DNA of 63,994 nucleotides, filler included, from Basidiobolus ranarum (Eukaryota): NCBI GenBank assembly GCA_040143965.1. It is 5 parts of 5 records of this genome, joined end to end, with 100 filler letters (N's around TTAATTAATTAA, not from the genome) between each part and the next. Parts side by side here need not be neighbours in the genome. Positions count along the whole stretch, not along the records: positions 51,677 to 63,994 come from JASJQH010000552.1; 4 more parts are not named here. One strand, 5' to 3'. Shown piece by piece: positions 60,622 to 63,994 of this stretch (position 1 is its first letter; each line of letters starts with the position of its first letter). The notes under the pieces were generated by a model. It saw only the letters and a program-made list of their open reading frames with translations, ran no database searches and was not told where the DNA came from. The position numbers and the translations under genes were made by a program.

Positions 60622-62952
60622 TTACTGGTGTTTCTTCTCCTGTGGGTTGAAAAGCTCTGGGGGAATATGAACATCTTCATTATTCTTGATCGCTTTGATC
60701 ATAAATTTAAGGAACCGATCAGCATATTGAGATGAGCGGACTGCAGATATCTCTTTCTACATGATAAGGTTATACATTAGTTTCTCGAAGCACCGTAGAT
60801 GACGCGTAAATGAACACATGAAAGTAAATACATACCTGATCGTAGCTCAATGATTTCCAATAATGTTCTATCTTCTTCACAAAGTTGTATGGAGTTAAAA
60901 TATCAATGATTCCCACATAAAAGATTGTATTGGTCAGGCTATAGTCTTCATCCTGTCCGATAAATCCACCATCACTCTGGTAGAAGATACAGTTACGCCG
61001 GCTAATCACAATGGTTACAGTGAGTATGGAGCTTCAATAATAGGGCTTTAATAGTGGAGTGTTCGAAATTAACTTACTCTTCAAAGCTGCTTTCCGGCAG
61101 TTCTGATGATGAAGGGCCAAGCGCAACAGGATCAGCCTCAACGATCAGTTTTCTAACAGCTGCTGCTTGGTTGCTCTTGCGTTTGCTAGGAAGCTGCTTC
61201 TCTAGTCTGGCAGTATTTGGCTAAAGAGAACAGAATGCTTAATAAACGTTTTGGCAATACACACAACTTGAATTCTACCTTGAACACGGAAAGTGTGTTA
61301 TCCCGTATGTTATCTCGATTGCCCCGCATCAAATCATGCAAGCCTACCAACAGACTGTAATCCATGATGTTTAACTTCTTCAACAGCTACATAAATATTC
61401 TTTAGCTGTGTTGTGTAAGAACGATACTTAATAATGGCTATCTTACCTCAACGTCACTTATCATTTGATCAACAAATATCTGTCTACGATTAGGGCCTAG
61501 CTCAAGTTTACGTCCACGTCTTTCCCAGTTAATATCTTTCATGACTCCATGAGGATTTTTGACCAACTCTTCTTCACTCAACTCACGCCCAATACTAGAG
61601 CCCTTTAGATCGTAGGTTTCATGGATATCCTTGTTAGGCGGAAGGTTGTTGGCCATAACGATGAAATGAATTTTACGACTATGAGGAAGTTTCACACGGT
61701 GAAGACCATAAAAGCGGCACAGGAGGGTGTTCGGGTTGTCTTTGACATGCTGATAGTATTTAGGGAGTATCTTCCGCAAAAATTTGTGCTCAGCATGATG
61801 AATGGTTTTGATGATAAATCGATAATCTCGAGAATAGTAAAAGAAGCTCCCACTCTTTCCCGGAGACCCTAATTCAGATACGATGTATTTACTGGTGAGA
61901 GAGATCAGATACTCGGCAGAGTCAACCCCAAATAGGGCTCTTAAGTGTCTAAACACCCATGGGGCGTAATCTTTGAATTTGAAGTCATATTGAGAAGATG
62001 GCGTCAACTCATTCCCAACAACATCGAAAGCTAACTTATGTGCAGCTTTAAAGTCTTCGGGAGTTAGCTCATGCCACACTTTAGCGGTGTATCGCGAGAC
62101 AGCTACACGAATACCAGTTAGCATGTTATACATGAGTACATAGTTCTTGTGGTTTTTATCCACACGAGTTCCTATGGCGATAAAATCGTCATCATCGGTA
62201 TTTTTGCGGCGTAAGGTTCTTCTGATGGATAATCTTCTAGAGATTCGTTTTCCAAGAGGCTCTTTGGGCGATGGTAGATCGGAAAGAACATCTGAATGGT
62301 CAATAGTCAACTTTGAAAGTGTTGGTCTCTGAGTCAATGAGTAAGCCGTATCCTCTGGGTAAGGCTCTATATCATCGGATGTGATTGAATGATGACTAGC
62401 TTCGGACCTTCGTCGCAAGATACTGGTAGGGGGTTCTGAGTTTTTGGGAGAATGAGGAAGTGGTAAAGGATTATCAGTGATAATATTGTGTGCGACGGAG
62501 GGAGCTGGATCTTCATTTGGAGCTGAGGAGGATATTGAGGATACTTCTTGATTGGGGATTTCAGTCAACTCATCTTTGAAGGTTAAGTGGTGAATTGCTT
62601 CCAATTGCTTTATAAGTTCACCGCTTTCCACAACTGAAGTATCGAGAGGCTCTGTTAGTGATCTCTTCACTTTATGAGTAGAACTGATGGTAGGTGATCT
62701 AGAAGGGATAGGTGTAGTTGGCTCATCAGTTTGTGACTCAGAGTCGTTTGATGTAGATGAAGTCATCGGTTCAGCTTGAAGTACTGGGTCAACAATGGGT
62801 GACATGTTCTGTTGCGGAGTGTGCATTACCAAATCACGCTGCTTATTGTCTTTACCAAAGGAAATGTTTTGGAAAGTAATCCCCTCCTGTGTGAGTTTTT
62901 TAGAATCACCTATTGGGAGAGAAAAACTCCGAGGATTTTCCACAGAGTTCAT
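60622..62952 (-). CDS. MSS4: Phosphatidylinositol-4-phosphate 5-kinase (Mss4/Its3), multi-exon
   Basis: [75 protein letters not shown] and ISAV....Y..RF..F. Confidence 0.95.
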
Positions 62953-63700
62953 GGAGTTTATCAAGTACTTATGTATTAGTTAGTTACAACTTGGGGCGTC
63001 AATAAAGAAAGGAGTGGAAGGATGTTAATATTTATACTGTCTTGCAAGGTATTTGAGTAAGGAAGAGTGTTTCCAGTAGGAGAATGGATAGGTTACAATT
63101 GTTCAAAGTGGAATGATGAGGAGAGATAAAGAGAAAAAAAAAGAACCTTTAAGAGTGGTTAGGATACTAAATTTGAATAAAGGAAAGACAATTAATTAGG
63201 CCCTTATCATTATGATAAAATCCAAGAGGCCCCAGGGAAGCCTAAACCAGGATTGTTCGATAAGTTCGTTGACAATAGAATGGTTTGGCCAATGGAAAAG
63301 CTCAGATACGGATTAGATTATTATATAATAGAAGATAAAGTAACTTCCTGATTTATAAATAGAAATCCATCATTCTTAAAGTGTCCTACTCGGAAATCTG
63401 GTCATGTTTGACAATCCCAGCGCTAATTGTTCATCAACAATGTTAAGCTAACAGTAACCTAGAATATGGATATATATATATATACACAAAACCCATCGCC
63501 ACTAGAAATGGAACATTCCATGAGCAGATTATAAATGATGGCAAATCTAATCAATGCAAGACTGACATTTTCGCATAATCGAGCGAAACAAGACATGCGA
63601 ATTCAGTAACCGGTTTTCTCACAAGAGCAGTAGAAGCAAAATGTTTCAGGAGCAGAAGTTTTAGACAATGTCTTGTTTATTAAGTGTACATGGGAAAAAA

Positions 63701-63994
63701 TTAGGCAGTGAGAACGACACAACCACCAGTTTCCTTGATCTTCTGTTCGGCACGACGAGAAATGTAACGAGCCTTGACAATAACGGGCTGCTCAGGGAGA
63801 CGACCTTTACCGAGAACCTTACCGAAACCGGCACGAAGGGTATCAATAACAGGGACGACCTCCTTGTTTTGGGCGTACTTGACACGGGTTTGGTCAGAAA
63901 CCAAAGTCCACAATTTGTCAAGGTTGACTACAGGGCGATAGTGCTTGTTACGGGTCAAATGGAATTGACGCATACCAACCTTACCGAAGTAACC
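63701..63994 (-). CDS. RPL28: 60S ribosomal protein uL15 (L28/L27a), 5' part outside the window
   Basis: [12 protein letters not shown]...[11 protein letters not shown]...[29 protein letters not shown]. Confidence 0.95.
   Translation of the reverse strand, partial: GYFGKVGMRQFHLTRNKHYRPVVNLDKLWTLVSDQTRVKYAQNKEVVPVIDTLRAGFGKVLGKGRLPEQPVIVKARYISRRAEQKIKETGGCVVLTA

Overview
Eukaryotic DNA, AT-rich, with short GT-AG introns and fungal-type housekeeping proteins. It is most likely an early-diverging fungus (Zoopagomycota/Mucoromycota-like); this is an inference, not an identification. The window is not one locus. It is five separate contigs of about 12.8 kb joined by 100-nt N44-TTAATTAATTAA-N44 linkers at 12867-12966, 25780-25879, 38682-38781 and 51577-51676, so synteny across the linkers means nothing. 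Contig 1: copia gag relic, transcription-type cyclin, GlcNAc-6-P deacetylase, a helical-repeat protein and the C-terminus of a bacterial-like Eis/GNAT protein. Contig 2: BTB plus CAP-Gly protein, Cps1/hyaluronan-synthase-like GT2, a P450, a secreted RNase T1 and a CpG-depleted repeat zone. Contig 3: cytochrome c end, H2B, PH-domain protein, GNAT, TauD/GBBH dioxygenase and a PIP-box protein. Contig 4: H2B end, proteasome beta1, GDSL lipase, a small secreted Cys protein, tRNA-Arg(CCT) and a carboxylesterase. Contig 5: RPL20, eIF3g, RPL25, a kinesin with 6-nt and 4-nt micro-exons, ATP synthase g, Mss4 and RPL28. The most interesting signal is missing from the ORF track. At the end of contig 2 (minus strand, about 25302-25779) lies the frameshifted, intron-containing C-terminus of a Fanzor (eukaryotic TnpB/Cas12-like RNA-guided nuclease). 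It is followed by a short non-coding tail and a TA-flanked, mariner-like transposon end, which is where an omegaRNA scaffold and guide would be expected.
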